A stretch of 64,000 nucleotides of DNA. It comes from Bdellovibrionota bacterium (GTDB taxonomy: Bacteria; Bdellovibrionota_G; JALEGL01; DATDPG01). The position numbers and the translations under genes are program-made. The DNA is taken from contig OY764265.1 of NCBI GenBank assembly GCA_963668355.1, forward strand, positions 2,272,001 to 2,336,000, in the 5' to 3' direction. The notes under the pieces are model-generated. The model did no database searches. It was given only the letters and a program-made list of their open reading frames with translations, and was not told where the DNA came from. Shown one piece after another: positions 18,871 through 32,962 of the stretch. Position 1 is the first letter of the stretch, and each line of letters begins with the position of its first letter.

Positions 18871-19254
18871 ATGGCAACGAAAATTACGAAAGAAGAACTG
18901 GTTGAATTTGTAGAATCAATGACCGTTCTCGAGCTCAAAGAGCTTGTGGAAACCTTGGAAGAAAAATTTGGCGTATCTGCTGCCCCTGTGGCGGTTGCTG
19001 GCGCAGCTCCTGCGGCTGGCGCAGCTGAAGCAGCTGAAGAAAAAACCGAGTTTACGGTTCAGCTGACAGCTGCTGGCGACAAAAAGATCCAGGTCATTAA
19101 GGTTGTGCGTGCCCTCACTGGGTTGGGACTTAAAGAAGCCAAAGAGTTGGTGGATAACGCTCCCAAGCCTGTCAAAGAGAACATCGCAAAAGAAGAAGCA
19201 GAAAAAATCAAAGCAGATCTCGAAAACGAAGGCGCGACGGTCGAACTTGTTTAA
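18871..19254 (+). CDS. rplL: 50S ribosomal protein L7/L12
   Basis: [25 protein letters not shown]. Confidence 0.98.
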   Translation: MATKITKEELVEFVESMTVLELKELVETLEEKFGVSAAPVAVAGAAPAAGAAEAAEEKTEFTVQLTAAGDKKIQVIKVVRALTGLGLKEAKELVDNAPKPVKENIAKEEAEKIKADLENEGATVELV

Positions 19255-19366
19255 GTTTGGTCGGTCAAGGATCGCCAATTTCGTGGGCTTGAGCGTTTTT
19301 CATACTCGAATTCGATCTCCCTTTGGAGATATGCGTATTCGTGCGTTTGAGCACACCTGTTTTATT

Positions 19367-19397
19367 CCCTTTGAAGGCCGAAAAGGCCTTTAAAGGG
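19367..19397 (+). promoter_or_regulatory. Hairpin in the rplL-rpoB spacer (possible attenuator or processing site)
   Basis: CCCTTTGAAGGCC-GAAAA-GGCCTTTAAAGGG, 13-bp stem with one G-U. Confidence 0.45.
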
Positions 19398-19431
19398 GGA
19401 GAGTTAATTTAACCGCGAGGTACGAATAACC

Positions 19432-22400
19432 ATGGCACCACTTGTCAGTCATATGCATCGAACCCGAAAGTCGTTCTCGAAGATCAAGAGAGTAACGGAC
19501 ATCCCAAACTTAATTGAGATTCAAAAACGCTCTTACGACACGTTCCTCCAGGCAGATGTTCCTGAGCACGAGCGAAAAGATGTGGGTCTTCAGGCCGTCT
19601 TTAAGTCTGTGTTTCCGATCAAAGACTTCAATGAAACGGCTTCTTTGGAGTTTGTTTCATATAAGTTGGATGCTCCGAAATATGATGTGGATGAATGCCA
19701 TGAACGAGGGATGACGTTTGCGGCTCCCCTTCGCGTGGTGGTTCGTTTGGTGGTCTGGGATACTTCGGATACGGCCGGACCTCAGTCCATTCGAGACGTA
19801 AAGGAACAAGAGGTTTATTTCGGAGAAATTCCGCTGATGACGGATGCAGGTACATTCATCATTAACGGTACCGAGCGCGTTGTGGTGAGTCAGCTTCACC
19901 GTTCTCCAGGAGTCTTTTTTGACTCCGATAAAGCCAAGGCCGGAAAGGGAGCCATTCCTTATACAGCTCGTGTCTTGCCTTACCGCGGTTCCTGGTTGGA
20001 TTTTGAGATCGATCATCGAGACATGGTGTATGTTCGAATTGATCGACGCCGAAAAATGCCGGCGACAGTATTGCTTCGAGCCTTGGGTTTCAATGAGGAG
20101 CAGTTGCTGAACTACTTCTATAAAGCCGAAGAAATCAAGATCGGTGCCAAGGGAGTGTTGAGCAAGGAAGTCGTTCCTGAGCTTCTTTCGGGACAGCGCG
20201 TATGCAAAGACATCAAGCATCCCAAAACGGGCACCGTCATTGTGAAGAAGGGGCGAAAGCTTTCCACCATCGCCGTTCGGAAGATCGTGGAAGCCAAGCT
20301 CAAAGATATCCCCGTAGTTTTGGAGGATATCATCGGTCGAGTGGCGGCTAAAGACATCGTTGATCCCAAAACGGGTGAGGTGGTTTTGGAGGTTGGAAAA
20401 GAGTTCACGGAAGAGGTCTTTGAAGAACTCAAAACGCGTGGAATCAAATCGTTTCCTCTTTTGTTCATTGATGGGATTAGTGTCAGCGCGGCACTGAAAA
20501 ACACGTTGGCTGGCGATAAGGTTGCTAATGCCAATGAAGCCTTGCTTGAGATTTATTCTCGCCTCCGACCTGGAGATCCTCCCACGTTGGAAACGGCGAC
20601 GGCCTTTTTTGAAAATTTATTCTTCAATCCAGAACGCTATGACCTTTCGATGGTGGGTCGATTGAAGGTGAACCATAAATTTGATTTGGAAACGGATTTA
20701 ACCATTCGAACGCTTCAACCCGAAGACATCCTTTCAACGGTTCGTTACTTGATTGAATTGCGGAATGGTCGGGGAGAAATTGACGATATCGATCACTTGG
20801 GGAATCGACGTGTGCGTGCGGTTGGTGAATTGGTTGAAATTCAGTACCGCATTGGTCTTTTGAGAATGGAGCGGGCCATTCGTGAGCGAATGAGTTTGCA
20901 AGAGGTGGAAACCCTCATGCCACATGAGCTCATCAACTCCAAACCCGTCTTGGCTGTGATTAAAGAGTTCTTTGGTTCCAGTCAGCTTTCTCAGTTCATG
21001 GATCAAACCAATCCACTTTCATCGGTCACGCATAAGCGACGTTTGTCTGCTTTGGGACCAGGTGGATTGACCCGTGAAAGAGCGGGCTTTGAGGTTCGTG
21101 ATGTTCATTCGACGCACTATGCGCGAATTTGTCCGATTGAAACGCCCGAAGGTCCAAACATTGGATTGATCGCTTCTCTTTCGACATTTGCGCGCGTGAA
21201 TGAGTTCGGTTTTGTCGAAACACCCTATCGAAAAGTCGAAAAAGGAAGGGCAACCGAAGAAACGGTCTTCTGTTCTGCACTAGAAGAGGAAAAGCACATT
21301 ATCGCACAGGCAAATGCTCCTTTGGATCCGAAGGGTAAGTTTGTGAATGAATTTGTTTCTGCTCGAAAAGGTGGAGACTTTGTTCAAGCCAAGCCGGATG
21401 AGATTACTCTCATGGACGTTTCTCCGAACCAGTTGGTGTCGGTGGCTACTTCGTTGATTCCATTTTTGGAAAATGACGACGCAAACCGAGCTCTCATGGG
21501 ATCGAACATGCAACGTCAGGCCGTTCCTTTGCTCATTACAGAGGCTCCATTGGTTGGAACGGGGATTGAACCCATTGTGGCTCGTGACTCCGGAAGTTCC
21601 TTGGCGGCTGCGGATGAGGGAATTGTGGATTCTGTAGATGCTTCCCGCGTAGTGATTAAGGGAGATCCTTCTGATCCGGAAAGATCGGGTTCTGTCGATA
21701 TTTACAATTTGGTGAAGTATCAACGGTCCAATCAAGGCACATGCATCAACCAAAAACCTGTGGTTCGCAGAGGAGATCGGGTGAGCCAAGGGGATGTCAT
21801 TGTGGATGGTCCTTCGACCGACCGGGGTGAACTGGCCTTGGGTCGAAATGTCATCGTCGCATTCATGCCTTGGAATGGATACAACTTTGAGGACTCCATT
21901 TTACTCTCTGAGCGATTGGTTACAGAGGATGTCTTTACATCCATCCATATTGAATCCTTCGAGATCGTGGCTCGAGACACCAAGCTTGGGCAAGAGGAGA
22001 TCACCAGAGATATTCCAAACGTGGGTGAGGAAGCTTTGGGGAACTTGGATGAGGCAGGAATTATCCGAATTGGTGCTGAAGTAGCTCCAGGAGACATTCT
22101 GGTTGGAAAGGTTACGCCCAAAGGTGAGACACAGCTTTCTCCGGAAGAAAAGCTTTTGAGAGCCATTTTCGGTGACAAGGCTGGTGACGTAAAGGACACC
22201 TCTCTTCGTGTTCCTCCCGGAGTCAATGGAATTGTCTTGGATGCAAAGTTCTTTCAACGTGAAGGAGTCGAAAAAGATTCTCGAACCAAAGAGATTGAGG
22301 AAGTTGAAACGCGTCGGTTGTTGCAAGACCAAGAAGATCAGATCAAGATCATCAAAGAATCTTCTTATGATCGAATCCAGAGCTTGCTCGTGGGACGAAC

Positions 22401-23586
22401 CTCCTCTGTTAAATTGGAAGACGAACAGGGCGAGACCATTCTTTCCAAAGGCAAGAAAATCGATGAGTCGGTTTTGGCGAAGGTTCCTCGCTATCGATGG
22501 AAAGAGATTTCTGTGACGAAAGGCGAAGAGGTTGAGACTGAGATCCAATTGATTCTGGAAAACCTCAAAGAGCAAATTAATTTCGTTAAAACGGTGTTCA
22601 ACGAAAAAATTGATCGACTGAAAGCGGCCGATGAATTGCCTCCTGGCGTCATTAAAATGGTCAAGGTGTATGTGGCCATTAAGCGAAAAATCCAAGTGGG
22701 TGACAAAATGGCCGGTCGGCATGGAAACAAAGGTGTCGTTTCCAAGATCACTCCGGTCGAAGATATGCCTTATTTAGAGGACGGAACTCCTGTGGATGTG
22801 GTGTTAAACCCCTTGGGTGTTCCTTCCCGAATGAATGTCGGACAGATTTTGGAGACCCATTTGGGTTGGGCGGCTCGTGGATTGGGCCAAAAGCTCGATC
22901 AACACCTTCGAGAAAATTATGCGCCGGATAAGTTGCGAAAGTTCCTGAAGAAGGTCTACACGATGAAGGAGACCGAGGGACTTATTGATGCAATGAGTGA
23001 GGAAGAGGTGACGAACGTTTGTCGTCGCTTGGCCAAGGAGGGTGTCCACATGGCCACCTCCGTATTCGATGGAGCTCATGATGGTGACATCAAGGAGCTT
23101 CTGGACATGGCCGGATATTCTCAAGACGGTCAGAGCGTTCTGTTCAACGGAAAAACCGGAGAGCAGTTCGAAAACAAAGTGACCGTAGGTGTGATGTACA
23201 TGCTTAAGTTGCATCACTTGGTGGATGATAAGATTCATGCTCGTTCCATTGGACCATACTCTTTGGTTACGCAGCAGCCTTTGGGTGGTAAAGCTCAGTT
23301 TGGTGGCCAGCGACTGGGAGAAATGGAAGTGTGGGCTTTGGAAGCTTATGGAGCTGCCTATGCCCTGCAGGAATTCTTGACGGTGAAGTCGGATGACATC
23401 GGAGGTCGAACTCGGATGTACGAAGGCATTGTGAAGGGTGAAAACTCCTTAGAAGTTGGGATTCCAGAATCATTTAATGTGTTGTTGAAGGAGCTTCAAG
23501 CCTTGTCGTTGGATGTGGAATTGCTTGAGGCCGAAAACCAGGAACCGGCTGAAATCACCAGCGCGGATCAAATTCAAGCCCTTTAA
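19432..23586 (+). CDS. rpoB: RNA polymerase beta subunit
   Basis: [38 protein letters not shown]. Confidence 0.99.
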   Translation: MAPLVSHMHRTRKSFSKIKRVTDIPNLIEIQKRSYDTFLQADVPEHERKDVGLQAVFKSVFPIKDFNETASLEFVSYKLDAPKYDVDECHERGMTFAAPLRVVVRLVVWDTSDTAGPQSIRDVKEQEVYFGEIPLMTDAGTFIINGTERVVVSQLHRSPGVFFDSDKAKAGKGAIPYTARVLPYRGSWLDFEIDHRDMVYVRIDRRRKMPATVLLRALGFNEEQLLNYFYKAEEIKIGAKGVLSKEVVPELLSGQRVCKDIKHPKTGTVIVKKGRKLSTIAVRKIVEAKLKDIPVVLEDIIGRVAAKDIVDPKTGEVVLEVGKEFTEEVFEELKTRGIKSFPLLFIDGISVSAALKNTLAGDKVANANEALLEIYSRLRPGDPPTLETATAFFENLFFNPERYDLSMVGRLKVNHKFDLETDLTIRTLQPEDILSTVRYLIELRNGRGEIDDIDHLGNRRVRAVGELVEIQYRIGLLRMERAIRERMSLQEVETLMPHELINSKPVLAVIKEFFGSSQLSQFMDQTNPLSSVTHKRRLSALGPGGLTRERAGFEVRDVHSTHYARICPIETPEGPNIGLIASLSTFARVNEFGFVETPYRKVEKGRATEETVFCSALEEEKHIIAQANAPLDPKGKFVNEFVSARKGGDFVQAKPDEITLMDVSPNQLVSVATSLIPFLENDDANRALMGSNMQRQAVPLLITEAPLVGTGIEPIVARDSGSSLAAADEGIVDSVDASRVVIKGDPSDPERSGSVDIYNLVKYQRSNQGTCINQKPVVRRGDRVSQGDVIVDGPSTDRGELALGRNVIVAFMPWNGYNFEDSILLSERLVTEDVFTSIHIESFEIVARDTKLGQEEITRDIPNVGEEALGNLDEAGIIRIGAEVAPGDILVGKVTPKGETQLSPEEKLLRAIFGDKAGDVKDTSLRVPPGVNGIVLDAKFFQREGVEKDSRTKEIEEVETRRLLQDQEDQIKIIKESSYDRIQSLLVGRTSSVKLEDEQGETILSKGKKIDESVLAKVPRYRWKEISVTKGEEVETEIQLILENLKEQINFVKTVFNEKIDRLKAADELPPGVIKMVKVYVAIKRKIQVGDKMAGRHGNKGVVSKITPVEDMPYLEDGTPVDVVLNPLGVPSRMNVGQILETHLGWAARGLGQKLDQHLRENYAPDKLRKFLKKVYTMKETEGLIDAMSEEEVTNVCRRLAKEGVHMATSVFDGAHDGDIKELLDMAGYSQDGQSVLFNGKTGEQFENKVTVGVMYMLKLHHLVDDKIHARSIGPYSLVTQQPLGGKAQFGGQRLGEMEVWALEAYGAAYALQEFLTVKSDDIGGRTRMYEGIVKGENSLEVGIPESFNVLLKELQALSLDVELLEAENQEPAEITSADQIQAL

Positions 23587-23599
23587 GTAGGAGAGAAAC

Positions 23600-26500
23600 A
23601 TGGAAGATATTTTCAGCTTTTTTGAGAAACCCAAAGATCCTCTCTCTTTCAGAGCCGTTCATGTTGGGCTGGCCTCTGCAGATAAGGCTTTGAGTTGGTC
23701 TTATGGTGAAGTGAAGAAACCCGAGACGATCAACTACCGAACGTTCAAACCGGAACGAGATGGTTTGTTCTGTGCGAAAATTTTCGGACCCGTTAAAGAC
23801 TACGAATGCAACTGCGGAAAATACAAACGCATGAAACACCGAGGTGTCGTGTGTGAAAAGTGCGGCGTGGAAGTCATTCAGTCGAAAGTTCGAAGAGATC
23901 GCATGGGCCATATTAAATTGGCCACCCCGGTAGCTCACATTTGGTTTTTCAAATCCTTGCCAAGTCGCGTGGGAAACCTTTTGGATCTCACGCTCAAGGA
24001 GTTGGAGCGGGTTCTATATTATGAGTCCTACATTGTTACAGATCCCGGAACTTCGAAATTGAATCGAGGAGAGGTTCTGGCTGAAGCGAAATACCAGGAA
24101 GCGTTGGAAGAGTATGGTGTGGATTCCTTCCAGGTGGGAATGGGAGCTGCGGCGGTTAAGGAAGTCATTGAAGCCATGGACCTTCCTTCTCTTGCTAAAC
24201 AGCTTCGAACGGACTTGGCAGAAACCGGTTCAGAAGCAAAACGAAAGAAATTTGCGAAGCGGTTGAAAGTGATTACCTCCTTCATGGACTCTTCGAATAA
24301 GCCGGAGTGGATGATTTTGGATGTCGTTCCCGTACTTCCCCCGGATCTTCGACCTCTCGTGCCTTTGGATGGTGGTCGATTTGCGACATCGGACTTGAAC
24401 GATCTATATCGTCGGGTCATCAACCGAAACAATCGTCTCAAGAGATTGTTAGAGCTTAATGCGCCAGAGATCATTGTGCGGAATGAAAAGCGCATGTTGC
24501 AAGAGGCTGTGGATGCTCTTTTTGATAACGGCCGTCGCGGAAAAACCATAACAGGCCCCAATAAACGACCCTTAAAATCTCTTTCCGACATGATCAAAGG
24601 AAAGCAGGGTCGTTTTAGACAGAACTTGTTGGGTAAGCGCGTGGATTACTCTGGACGATCCGTAATCGTTGTGGGTCCTGAGCTTCGTTTGCATCAATGT
24701 GGTTTGCCTAAGCAAATGGCTTTGGAGCTTTTTAAGCCCTTCGTCTACAACAAGCTGGAAGAAAAAGGTTTTGTCACAACCGTAAAGGCAGCCAAAACCA
24801 TGGTTGAGGAGCAGGTGACGGAAGTTTGGGATGTCTTGGAAGAGGTCGTGAAGGAACATCCGGTTATGCTCAACCGAGCTCCGACATTGCACCGACTGGG
24901 TATTCAAGCTTTTGAACCCAAACTCATCGAGGGAAAAGCCATTCAGCTACATCCGTTGGTGTGTATGGCATTTAACGCCGACTTTGACGGTGACCAGATG
25001 GCTGTTCATGTTCCGTTGTCCATTGAGGCGCAGGTGGAAGCTCGCGTGCTCATGATGTCTACGAACAACATTCTTTCTCCGGCTCACGGAAAACCGATCA
25101 TTGTTCCTTCTCAGGACATCGTTTTGGGTCTTTATTACATCACCCGAGATGCGGACTTCGTAAAGGGTGAAGGAAAACTCTTTGCGAGCCCGGATGAAGT
25201 TCGCGTGGCCTATGATGCTGGAGAAGTGAACCTTCATGCAAAGATCGAAGTGCGCATTAGCGGAAAACGTGAAAAAACGACGGTGGGTCGCATCATTTTA
25301 AAGGAGATCGTTCCTTCTGAGCTTCCTTTTGAGTTGTACAACAAGGTCATGACCAAGAAATCTTTGGCCTCCTTGGTGGACCAATGCTTCCGTGTGTGTG
25401 GTCAGAAGAAAACCGTTCTTTTGGCTGACCGTTTGATGCAGCTTGGATTTGAGTTCTCAACGAAGGCTGGAATTTCAATTTGCATGGATGACATGGTCAT
25501 TCCTGAAGCCAAACAAAAACTCCTGGATGAAACCATTAAAGAAGTTCGCGACATTGAACAACAATACACCGATGGTTTGATCACCGATGGTGAGCGATAC
25601 AATAAGGTCATCGACATCTGGGCTCAGGTTTCTGAAAAGGTTGCCGGAGAGATGATGAAGGGTCTGGCTACGGCGGTGGTTGAAAATGAAAAAGGCGAAA
25701 AGCGAGAGAATGCCAGCTTCAACCCCATTTTTATGATGGCCGATTCTGGAGCTCGAGGCTCTGCTCAGCAGATGAGACAGTTGGCGGGTATGCGAGGTTT
25801 GATGGCGAAACCTTCGGGAGAAATCATCGAAACGCCCATTACAGCCAACTTTAAAGAAGGCTTAACCGTTCTCCAGTACTTCATCTCGACACACGGTGCT
25901 CGAAAGGGTTTGGCGGATACGGCTTTGAAGACCGCGAACTCCGGATATCTCACACGTCGATTGGTCGACGTGGCTCAAGATGCCGTTATCACAGGGTACG
26001 ATTGTGGAACCTTAGACGGTATTTTTGTCACCCCCTTGGTTGAAGGTGGAGAAATCATTGAGCCTTTGGGAGATCGAATTCTGGGACGCGTGACATTGGA
26101 AGATGTCATGGATCCATACACCGGAGAAGTTCTTGTCCCGGCCAATACCGAAATCGATGAACACTTTGTGAAGAAGATTGATTCTGCGGGCTTGGAAAAG
26201 GTCCGGATTCGTTCCGTGTTGACCTGTAAACAGCATCGAGGCATTTGTGCCCTTTGCTACGGCCGTGACTTGGCTCGAGGGCGAATGGTTAATGTTGGTG
26301 AAACCGTTGGCGTCATCGCGGCGCAATCCATCGGTGAGCCAGGTACTCAGTTGACCATGCGTACCTTCCACGTTGGTGGTACTGCTACAAGAAGGGCGGA
26401 GCAATCCACTTTAGAGGCGCGTAATGACGGTAAGGTGAAGTTCATCGAAATGAACGTCGTTCAAAACCGATTGGGAAAATACTCCGTCATGAATCGAAAC

Positions 26501-27781
26501 GGTGAAATCGCGATTGTGGACGAGAATGATCGAGAGCGTGAGCGCTATCGTGTTATTTATGGTGCTCAGTTGGCGGTGGCCGAAGGCGCGAAAGTGAAGG
26601 CGGGGCAGCTTTTGGCGGATTGGGATCCCTATACGATTCCGATCATTACGGAAGTCGGTGGAAAAATCGGCTTCAACGATATTACCGAAGGCATGACGAT
26701 GCAGGATCAAGTGGATGCTGTGACGGGGCTCTCCCGGCGCGTCATCATTGAATCTCGTGATCCGGATGCCCGGCCACGTGTTTCGGTTGTGGATGGTGAT
26801 GGAAACCCCATTAAATTGAAGTATTCCACGGGTGAGGCCAGTTATATGCTTCCGGTTGGCGCCATTTTAATGGTTGGAAATGATGAGGACGTGGTTCCGG
26901 GTGACATCATCGCTCGAATTCCTCGAGAAACGACCAAAACCAAAGACATCACTGGTGGTTTGCCCCGTGTTGCCGAGCTTTTTGAGGCACGAAAGCCCAA
27001 AGAGATTGCTGTTATTTCGGAAATCGATGGCGTGGTCTCCTTTGGTGCCGATACCAAGGGCAAACGAAAAGTCATTGTGACTCCGGATGTGGGCGAGCCT
27101 CGGGAGTATTTGATCCCCAAAGGAAAGCATATTTCCGTATTGGAAGGCGATCACGTGCGAGCTGGAGAGCATCTGATGGATGGTTCGGCTAACCCACATG
27201 ACATTTTGCGCGTGTTGGGTGAAAAAGAGCTGGCTAAATACCTCGTGGATGAGGTGCAAGAGGTCTACCGATTGCAAGGCGTTAAAATCAATGACAAACA
27301 CATTGAAACCATTGTGCGCCAAATGCTTCGGAAGATCCGAATCACAGATCCTGGGGATACCACCTTCTTGCCGGGTGATCAGGTGAATAAGCCGGTCTTT
27401 AACGAGGCCAACGAAAAAGCCGTGGCTGAGGGTGGAAAACCCGCCACTGCTGAACCCATGCTTTTGGGAATCACCCGAGCCTCCTTGTCGACGGAATCGT
27501 TCCTTTCTGCGGCTTCCTTCCAAGAGACCACGAAGGTCTTCACCGAAGCGGCCATTTGCGGAAAAATCGATCATTTACGGGGACTTAAAGAGAACATGAT
27601 CATGGGCCGACTGCTGCCTGCAGGAACGGGAGTTCCTCATTATCGTTCTCGGGGTATTAAAGTGCTCGAAGAGGATTTGGGCGTTGGGCTCCCGGAAGAG
27701 GCTGTAAATGGGGAGGCTGAAGCGGCGCCTCCACTTTCCATGGCCCAATTGATCGAAGAGGAGCGTTTGAGGGCGAAATAG
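23600..27781 (+). CDS. rpoC: RNA polymerase beta' subunit
   Basis: NADFDGDQM catalytic motif, zinc ribbons. Confidence 0.99.
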   Translation: MEDIFSFFEKPKDPLSFRAVHVGLASADKALSWSYGEVKKPETINYRTFKPERDGLFCAKIFGPVKDYECNCGKYKRMKHRGVVCEKCGVEVIQSKVRRDRMGHIKLATPVAHIWFFKSLPSRVGNLLDLTLKELERVLYYESYIVTDPGTSKLNRGEVLAEAKYQEALEEYGVDSFQVGMGAAAVKEVIEAMDLPSLAKQLRTDLAETGSEAKRKKFAKRLKVITSFMDSSNKPEWMILDVVPVLPPDLRPLVPLDGGRFATSDLNDLYRRVINRNNRLKRLLELNAPEIIVRNEKRMLQEAVDALFDNGRRGKTITGPNKRPLKSLSDMIKGKQGRFRQNLLGKRVDYSGRSVIVVGPELRLHQCGLPKQMALELFKPFVYNKLEEKGFVTTVKAAKTMVEEQVTEVWDVLEEVVKEHPVMLNRAPTLHRLGIQAFEPKLIEGKAIQLHPLVCMAFNADFDGDQMAVHVPLSIEAQVEARVLMMSTNNILSPAHGKPIIVPSQDIVLGLYYITRDADFVKGEGKLFASPDEVRVAYDAGEVNLHAKIEVRISGKREKTTVGRIILKEIVPSELPFELYNKVMTKKSLASLVDQCFRVCGQKKTVLLADRLMQLGFEFSTKAGISICMDDMVIPEAKQKLLDETIKEVRDIEQQYTDGLITDGERYNKVIDIWAQVSEKVAGEMMKGLATAVVENEKGEKRENASFNPIFMMADSGARGSAQQMRQLAGMRGLMAKPSGEIIETPITANFKEGLTVLQYFISTHGARKGLADTALKTANSGYLTRRLVDVAQDAVITGYDCGTLDGIFVTPLVEGGEIIEPLGDRILGRVTLEDVMDPYTGEVLVPANTEIDEHFVKKIDSAGLEKVRIRSVLTCKQHRGICALCYGRDLARGRMVNVGETVGVIAAQSIGEPGTQLTMRTFHVGGTATRRAEQSTLEARNDGKVKFIEMNVVQNRLGKYSVMNRNGEIAIVDENDRERERYRVIYGAQLAVAEGAKVKAGQLLADWDPYTIPIITEVGGKIGFNDITEGMTMQDQVDAVTGLSRRVIIESRDPDARPRVSVVDGDGNPIKLKYSTGEASYMLPVGAILMVGNDEDVVPGDIIARIPRETTKTKDITGGLPRVAELFEARKPKEIAVISEIDGVVSFGADTKGKRKVIVTPDVGEPREYLIPKGKHISVLEGDHVRAGEHLMDGSANPHDILRVLGEKELAKYLVDEVQEVYRLQGVKINDKHIETIVRQMLRKIRITDPGDTTFLPGDQVNKPVFNEANEKAVAEGGKPATAEPMLLGITRASLSTESFLSAASFQETTKVFTEAAICGKIDHLRGLKENMIMGRLLPAGTGVPHYRSRGIKVLEEDLGVGLPEEAVNGEAEAAPPLSMAQLIEEERLRAK

Positions 27782-27804
27782 AGCCAAAAAAAGGCCTTAA
27801 ACCC

Positions 27805-27833
27805 TTGACAAGACTTAAAAAAATCATTATCTA
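27805..27833 (+). promoter_or_regulatory. Putative sigma-70 promoter for rpsL
   Basis: Perfect TTGACA at 27805; weak -10 (TATCTA) after 17 nt. Confidence 0.4.
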
Positions 27834-27858
27834 GCCGAAACTATTTTTGAGATGAACT

Positions 27859-28227
27859 ATGCCGACAATTAATCAGTTAGTAAGAAAAGGCCGAACGAAG
27901 CAAGTCCCGAAGACGGGTTCTCCGGCTCTTAAAAAGTCTCCGCAGCGCAGGGGCGTATGTACCCGCGTGTATACCGCCACCCCCAAAAAGCCGAATTCGG
28001 CTTTGCGGAAAGTGGCTCGTGTTCGTCTTACAAATGGTTTTGAGGTTACCTCTTATATTCCTGGAGAGGGGCATAACCTTCAAGAACACTCCGTCGTGCT
28101 GGTGCGCGGAGGAAGAGTAAAAGATCTTCCAGGAGTTCGATATCACATCGTACGTGGAACGCTGGATTCCGTTGGCGTGCAAAGCCGCAAACGATCTCGC
28201 TCCAAGTACGGCGCGAAAAAAAGTTAA
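27859..28227 (+). CDS. rpsL: 30S ribosomal protein S12
   Basis: [20 protein letters not shown]. Confidence 0.99.
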   Translation: MPTINQLVRKGRTKQVPKTGSPALKKSPQRRGVCTRVYTATPKKPNSALRKVARVRLTNGFEVTSYIPGEGHNLQEHSVVLVRGGRVKDLPGVRYHIVRGTLDSVGVQSRKRSRSKYGAKKS

Positions 28228-28305
28228 CCGGTATAACTCCTCTGTCTTAGAGGGGAGTTGAGAAGGTGCGGGGATCCTTCCCCGTAAATAAGGAGTAGCG
28301 AGGAT

Positions 28306-28776
28306 ATGCCACGAAGGCGAGATATACCCAAGCGCGAAGTTGCGCCTGACCCTAAGTTTAACGATCGGGTTGTGGCCCGATTTGTCAATCGAGTCATGAA
28401 AGGTGGAAAAAAATCCACGGCCGAGCGAGTGATCTATGGTGCGTTCGACATCATTGCCGAGCGAATCAAGGATGATCCTTTGCGTGTTTTTAAGCGAGCC
28501 TTGGAAAACGTGAAGCCTACGGTTGAGACGAAGAGTCGACGTGTTGGCGGTGCCAACTACCAAGTGCCCGTAGAAGTTCGTCCGGGTCGTCGAGAGGCTC
28601 TCGGTTTTCGATGGATCATGACCTATGCCACATCCCGTCCCGGAAAGTCATTGAGTGAGCGTCTAGCTGACGAAATCATTGATGCCTATCACAACCGCGG
28701 AGCTGCCATTAAAAAGCGTGACGATGTTCATAAAATGGCAGAGTCGAACCGGGCTTTTGCACACTACCGTTGGTAA
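28306..28776 (+). CDS. rpsG: 30S ribosomal protein S7
   Basis: [20 protein letters not shown]. Confidence 0.99.
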   Translation: MPRRRDIPKREVAPDPKFNDRVVARFVNRVMKGGKKSTAERVIYGAFDIIAERIKDDPLRVFKRALENVKPTVETKSRRVGGANYQVPVEVRPGRREALGFRWIMTYATSRPGKSLSERLADEIIDAYHNRGAAIKKRDDVHKMAESNRAFAHYRW

Positions 28777-28794
28777 GAGAGTTGGAGTTCGGTC

Positions 28795-30873
28795 ATGCGT
28801 GTTCCATTAAGTAAGTTTCGAAATATCGGAATCATTGCTCACATTGATGCGGGCAAGACGACGACGACCGAGCGAGTCCTCTATTATACGGGGAAGTCCC
28901 ACAAGATCGGAGAGGTGCACGAAGGTACCGCTACGATGGATTGGATGGAGCAAGAGCAGGAACGTGGGATTACGATCACATCGGCTGCGACCACCTGCGT
29001 GTGGAACCAACATCGAATCAACATCATTGATACCCCTGGACATGTGGATTTTACCGTTGAGGTTGAGCGTGCGTTGCGCGTTTTAGACGGAGCGGTGGGT
29101 GTCTTTGACGGCGTTGCTGGAGTCGAGCCTCAGAGTGAAACGGTTTGGAGACAGGCCGATAAGTATGATGTCCCACGGTTGGCGTTTGTAAACAAAATGG
29201 ACCGTATGGGCGCCGATTTTGAGATGTGTGTGGAGCAGATGATCAAACGTCTCAATGCCAATCCACTTCCTCTGCAGATTCCCTTGGGCGTGGAAGATCG
29301 CCATGAGGGTGTTGTCGATCTGGTAAAGATGAAGGCGTATAAATTTCGCAGCGAAAACTTGGGCGCTGAGTTTGAAACAATCGAGATTCCTTCCGAACAT
29401 CAAGAGTTGGCTGAAAAATGGCGAGAGAAAATGTTTGAGTCGCTTGCCGAAGTGGATGACCAGCTCATGGAGCTTTATCTGGATGGGAAAGAAATTCCTG
29501 AAAAGATGGTCACCGATGCCATTCGAAAGGGAACCATCGAGCTTAAGTTGACCCCCGTTCTTTGTGGGTCGGCGTTCAAGAACAAGGGTGTTCAGCAGCT
29601 TTTGGATGCCGTGGTCGCTTTCCTTCCGTCTCCTTTGGATATTCCTCCGATGAAAGGTGTGTCCACGAAAGATGAGACACAGGAGATTGTTCGAAAACCG
29701 GATCCGGAAGAGCCTTTTTCTGCTTTGGCTTTCAAAATCATGACCGACCCGTATGTGGGTCAGTTGACGTTTTTACGTGTTTATTCCGGAAAAGTAGATG
29801 CCGGTGGAATGGTTTATAACCCCATCCGGAACAAAAAAGAACGAATTGGGCGCATTCTTCTCATGCACGCAAATAAGAGAGAAGAGCGGGATTTTGCTCA
29901 AGCGGGTGAAATTGTTGCGGCGGTTGGGCTGAAGACGGCCTTAACCGGAGACACTTTGTGCGCAATTAGTCATCCTGTTCTTTTGGAGTCGATTGTTTTT
30001 CCTGAACCTGTGATGCAAATCGCAATTGAGCCGAAAACGAAGGCCGACCAAGAAAAAATGGGAGACGCCTTATTTAAGTTGGCTCAGGAAGATCCCTCTT
30101 TCAGAATCAAGACGGATGAAGAAACGGGCCAAACCCTCATTTCAGGAATGGGGGAGTTGCACTTGGAAATTATCGTGGATCGCATGGTTCGTGAGTTCAA
30201 GGTGGAAGCCAACGTTGGAAAACCTCAGGTTTCCTATCGAGAGGCCATTACCCAAAAGGTGAGTTCAGAGGGAAAATTTGTTCGGCAGTCCGGTGGACGA
30301 GGTCAGTATGGCCATGTTTATTTGGATATTGAGCCGATTCAAGGAGACTCGGAATTCGTTTTCGAGCAAACGGTCAAAGGGGGAAATGTTCCTCGGGAAT
30401 ATTTTAAACCCATTGAGCAAGGTGTTCGTGAGGCCATGGATAATGGTGTGTTAGCGGGATATCCTCTTGTGGATGTTAAGGTCACACTTACCGATGGCTC
30501 CTATCACGAAGTAGATTCCTCCGAAATGGCCTTCAAAATTGCTGGATCCATTGGGTTTAAAGAAGGCGTAAAAAAAGCCAAACCCATTCTAATGGAGCCC
30601 ATCATGAAGGCGGAAGTGGTGGTTCCAGAAGACTACCTGTCCAATGTGATTGGTGATTTGAACTCTCGTCGGGCCAAAATTGTTGGAATGGAAGCCCGCT
30701 CGGGAACGCAGTTAATTCGAGCGGAGGTTCCTTTGGCAGAGATGTTTGGATATGCCACCGATCTTCGTTCCGTAACTCAAGGAAGAGCGAGTTACACCAT
30801 GGAATTTGATTCTTATTCACCCGTGCCTGCACAGGTGAGTGAAGAGATTATTGCAAAATATAAAGGGATGTAA
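28795..30873 (+). CDS. fusA: Elongation factor G
   Basis: [28 protein letters not shown]. Confidence 0.99.
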   Translation: MRVPLSKFRNIGIIAHIDAGKTTTTERVLYYTGKSHKIGEVHEGTATMDWMEQEQERGITITSAATTCVWNQHRINIIDTPGHVDFTVEVERALRVLDGAVGVFDGVAGVEPQSETVWRQADKYDVPRLAFVNKMDRMGADFEMCVEQMIKRLNANPLPLQIPLGVEDRHEGVVDLVKMKAYKFRSENLGAEFETIEIPSEHQELAEKWREKMFESLAEVDDQLMELYLDGKEIPEKMVTDAIRKGTIELKLTPVLCGSAFKNKGVQQLLDAVVAFLPSPLDIPPMKGVSTKDETQEIVRKPDPEEPFSALAFKIMTDPYVGQLTFLRVYSGKVDAGGMVYNPIRNKKERIGRILLMHANKREERDFAQAGEIVAAVGLKTALTGDTLCAISHPVLLESIVFPEPVMQIAIEPKTKADQEKMGDALFKLAQEDPSFRIKTDEETGQTLISGMGELHLEIIVDRMVREFKVEANVGKPQVSYREAITQKVSSEGKFVRQSGGRGQYGHVYLDIEPIQGDSEFVFEQTVKGGNVPREYFKPIEQGVREAMDNGVLAGYPLVDVKVTLTDGSYHEVDSSEMAFKIAGSIGFKEGVKKAKPILMEPIMKAEVVVPEDYLSNVIGDLNSRRAKIVGMEARSGTQLIRAEVPLAEMFGYATDLRSVTQGRASYTMEFDSYSPVPAQVSEEIIAKYKGM

Positions 30874-30890
30874 GGACACAGAGGTAAATT

Positions 30891-31211
30891 ATGCCGCAAG
30901 AAGAGAAAATTAGAATTCAACTCAAAGCGTATGACTACTATCAGTTGGATCAGTCGACAGCGGAAATTGTAGAAACGGCACGTCGAACGGGAGCTCGCGT
31001 TTCGGGCCCGATTCCCCTTCCAACCAAGATCAATCGATATTGTGTGCTTCGATCCCCCCACACGGACAAGAAGTCTCGTGAGCATTTTGAAATTCGAACC
31101 CACAAACGTTTGTTAGACATTCTGGAGCCTACCGAGCAGACCATCGATTCTTTGATGAAGTTAGATTTGGCCGCGGGTGTGGATGTCGAGATTAAGAGTT
31201 ATCGGGAGTAA
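30891..31211 (+). CDS. rpsJ: 30S ribosomal protein S10
   Basis: [24 protein letters not shown]. Confidence 0.99.
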   Translation: MPQEEKIRIQLKAYDYYQLDQSTAEIVETARRTGARVSGPIPLPTKINRYCVLRSPHTDKKSREHFEIRTHKRLLDILEPTEQTIDSLMKLDLAAGVDVEIKSYRE

Positions 31212-31214
31212 ACC

Positions 31215-31838
31215 ATGGCTATGAAAACCAAAATGGTAGATCAGACAGGTAAAGATTCAGGAGAGGCTACTCTTCCTGAATCTGTGTTTGGCGTGGCGAT
31301 CCGTGAACATTTGATGTTTGACGTGGTCAATGCCCAGCGTGCGGGATGGAGGCAGGGAACCGCAAAAGTGAAGGAGCGATCCGAGGTTCGAGGTGGAGGT
31401 AAAAAACCATTTCGACAAAAAGGTACCGGTAGTGCCCGTCAGGGATCCAACCGATCTCCTTTGATGCCCGGTGGTGGAACCATTTTTGGTCCGCGCCCGA
31501 GAGATTTTTCGCAAAGCCTTCCCAAAAAGGTCCGTCAAGAAGCCTTGCGTGTGGCATTGAGTCAGGCTCAAAGTGGCGGAAAGGTATTTGTTGTGAAGGA
31601 TTTTTCGTTTGAAAAACCCAAAACGAAAGCCGTTCGCTCGCTTTTGGAACAGCTTAAAGTTGAAAAGGCTTTGTTTGTGGATTCTGGGAATGAAAATCTC
31701 GGAAAATCCGTTCGAAATTTGCCGAAGGCAAAATATTTGGATGAGCGCGTGCTCAACGTCTTTGACATTCTTAAATATGACAATGTTGTGATGTCGAGCA
31801 AGGCTCTCGAGCAAGTAGAAAAGAGGTTGGGAAAATGA
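31215..31838 (+). CDS. rplD: 50S ribosomal protein L4
   Basis: [26 protein letters not shown]. Confidence 0.98.
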   Translation: MAMKTKMVDQTGKDSGEATLPESVFGVAIREHLMFDVVNAQRAGWRQGTAKVKERSEVRGGGKKPFRQKGTGSARQGSNRSPLMPGGGTIFGPRPRDFSQSLPKKVRQEALRVALSQAQSGGKVFVVKDFSFEKPKTKAVRSLLEQLKVEKALFVDSGNENLGKSVRNLPKAKYLDERVLNVFDILKYDNVVMSSKALEQVEKRLGK

Positions 31839-32128
31839 CAACCGATTTGATGAAAATCATTCGACGTCCGGTCGTGACGGAGAAAAGCACCTTATTAAAG
31901 GAAGCTTCGAATCAGGTTGTATTCGAAGTGAGCCGAAAAGCCAGCAAACCCGCCATCAAATTGGCTGTGGAAAAGGCTTTCAATGTAAAGGTTGAAAACG
32001 TCAATACGTTGGTGGTTCGTGGCAAGGTAAAGGCCATGGGACGCCACGTAGGCAAACGACCCAATTGGAAAAAAGCGATCGTGACCTTAAAAGAAGGTCA
32101 CTCGATTGAAATGGCGGAGGGAGTGTAA
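31835..32128 (+). CDS. rplW: 50S ribosomal protein L23
   Basis: [15 protein letters not shown]. Confidence 0.97.
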   Translation: MTTDLMKIIRRPVVTEKSTLLKEASNQVVFEVSRKASKPAIKLAVEKAFNVKVENVNTLVVRGKVKAMGRHVGKRPNWKKAIVTLKEGHSIEMAEGV

Positions 32129-32962
32129 ATGGCAATCGTAAAATATAGGCCCACCACCCCGTCCCGACGTTTTATGACGAACGTGAGTTTTGATGAGCTT
32201 TCGAACGTTCGCCCTGTGAAGGGGTTGACCGAACCAAAACGCAAAACTGGCGGCCGAAATAATCACGGTCGAATCACGTCTCGTTGGATCGGCGGCGGAC
32301 ATAAGCAGCGTTATCGACGGATTGATTTCTTGCGAAGAGACAAAGAGGGGATCCCCGGAAAAGTTTCTTCCATCGAATATGATCCAAACCGTTCCACGAG
32401 AATTGCGTTAATCACGTATCGAGATGGTGAAAAACGCTACATTCTTCATCCCCTGGGACTCAAGGTGGGGGCGGAAGTGTTGGCTGGGGAGAGAGCGGAA
32501 ATCCGACCCGGAAATGCACTCATGCTCAAAAACATCCCCTTGGGAACGATGGTTCACAATCTTGAGCTCAAGGCTGGAAGGGGCGGTCAAGCCGTCCGAT
32601 CAGCTGGCTCCGCGGCTCAGCTTATGGCGCGCGAAAATAAGTTTGCAAACTTGAGGCTCCCTTCCGGTGAAATTCGAAAAGTGCGAGAAGAATGCTATGC
32701 GACCATCGGGCAGCTTTCCAATACCGATCACGAAAATATCACGATTGGTAAGGCGGGTAAGAGCCGGTGGTTGGGAAAAAATCCCCGTGTGCGTGGAACG
32801 TGTATGAATCCGGTTGACCATCCTCATGGAGGTGGTGAAGGAAGGACCAAAGGCGGTCGTCATCCTGTTACACCTTGGGGGGTTCCGACTAAGGGGCACA
32901 AAACACGTAAGAATAAACAGTCCGATAAGTTCATTGTTCAACGTAGAAAGAAGAAACGATAA
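32129..32962 (+). CDS. rplB: 50S ribosomal protein L2
   Basis: [20 protein letters not shown]. Confidence 0.99.
   Translation: MAIVKYRPTTPSRRFMTNVSFDELSNVRPVKGLTEPKRKTGGRNNHGRITSRWIGGGHKQRYRRIDFLRRDKEGIPGKVSSIEYDPNRSTRIALITYRDGEKRYILHPLGLKVGAEVLAGERAEIRPGNALMLKNIPLGTMVHNLELKAGRGGQAVRSAGSAAQLMARENKFANLRLPSGEIRKVREECYATIGQLSNTDHENITIGKAGKSRWLGKNPRVRGTCMNPVDHPHGGGEGRTKGGRHPVTPWGVPTKGHKTRKNKQSDKFIVQRRKKKR

Noticed and set aside
19432..30873. Inteins, introns or splits in rpoB, rpoC and fusA
   Set aside because: Lengths and motif order are normal and no insertion was seen
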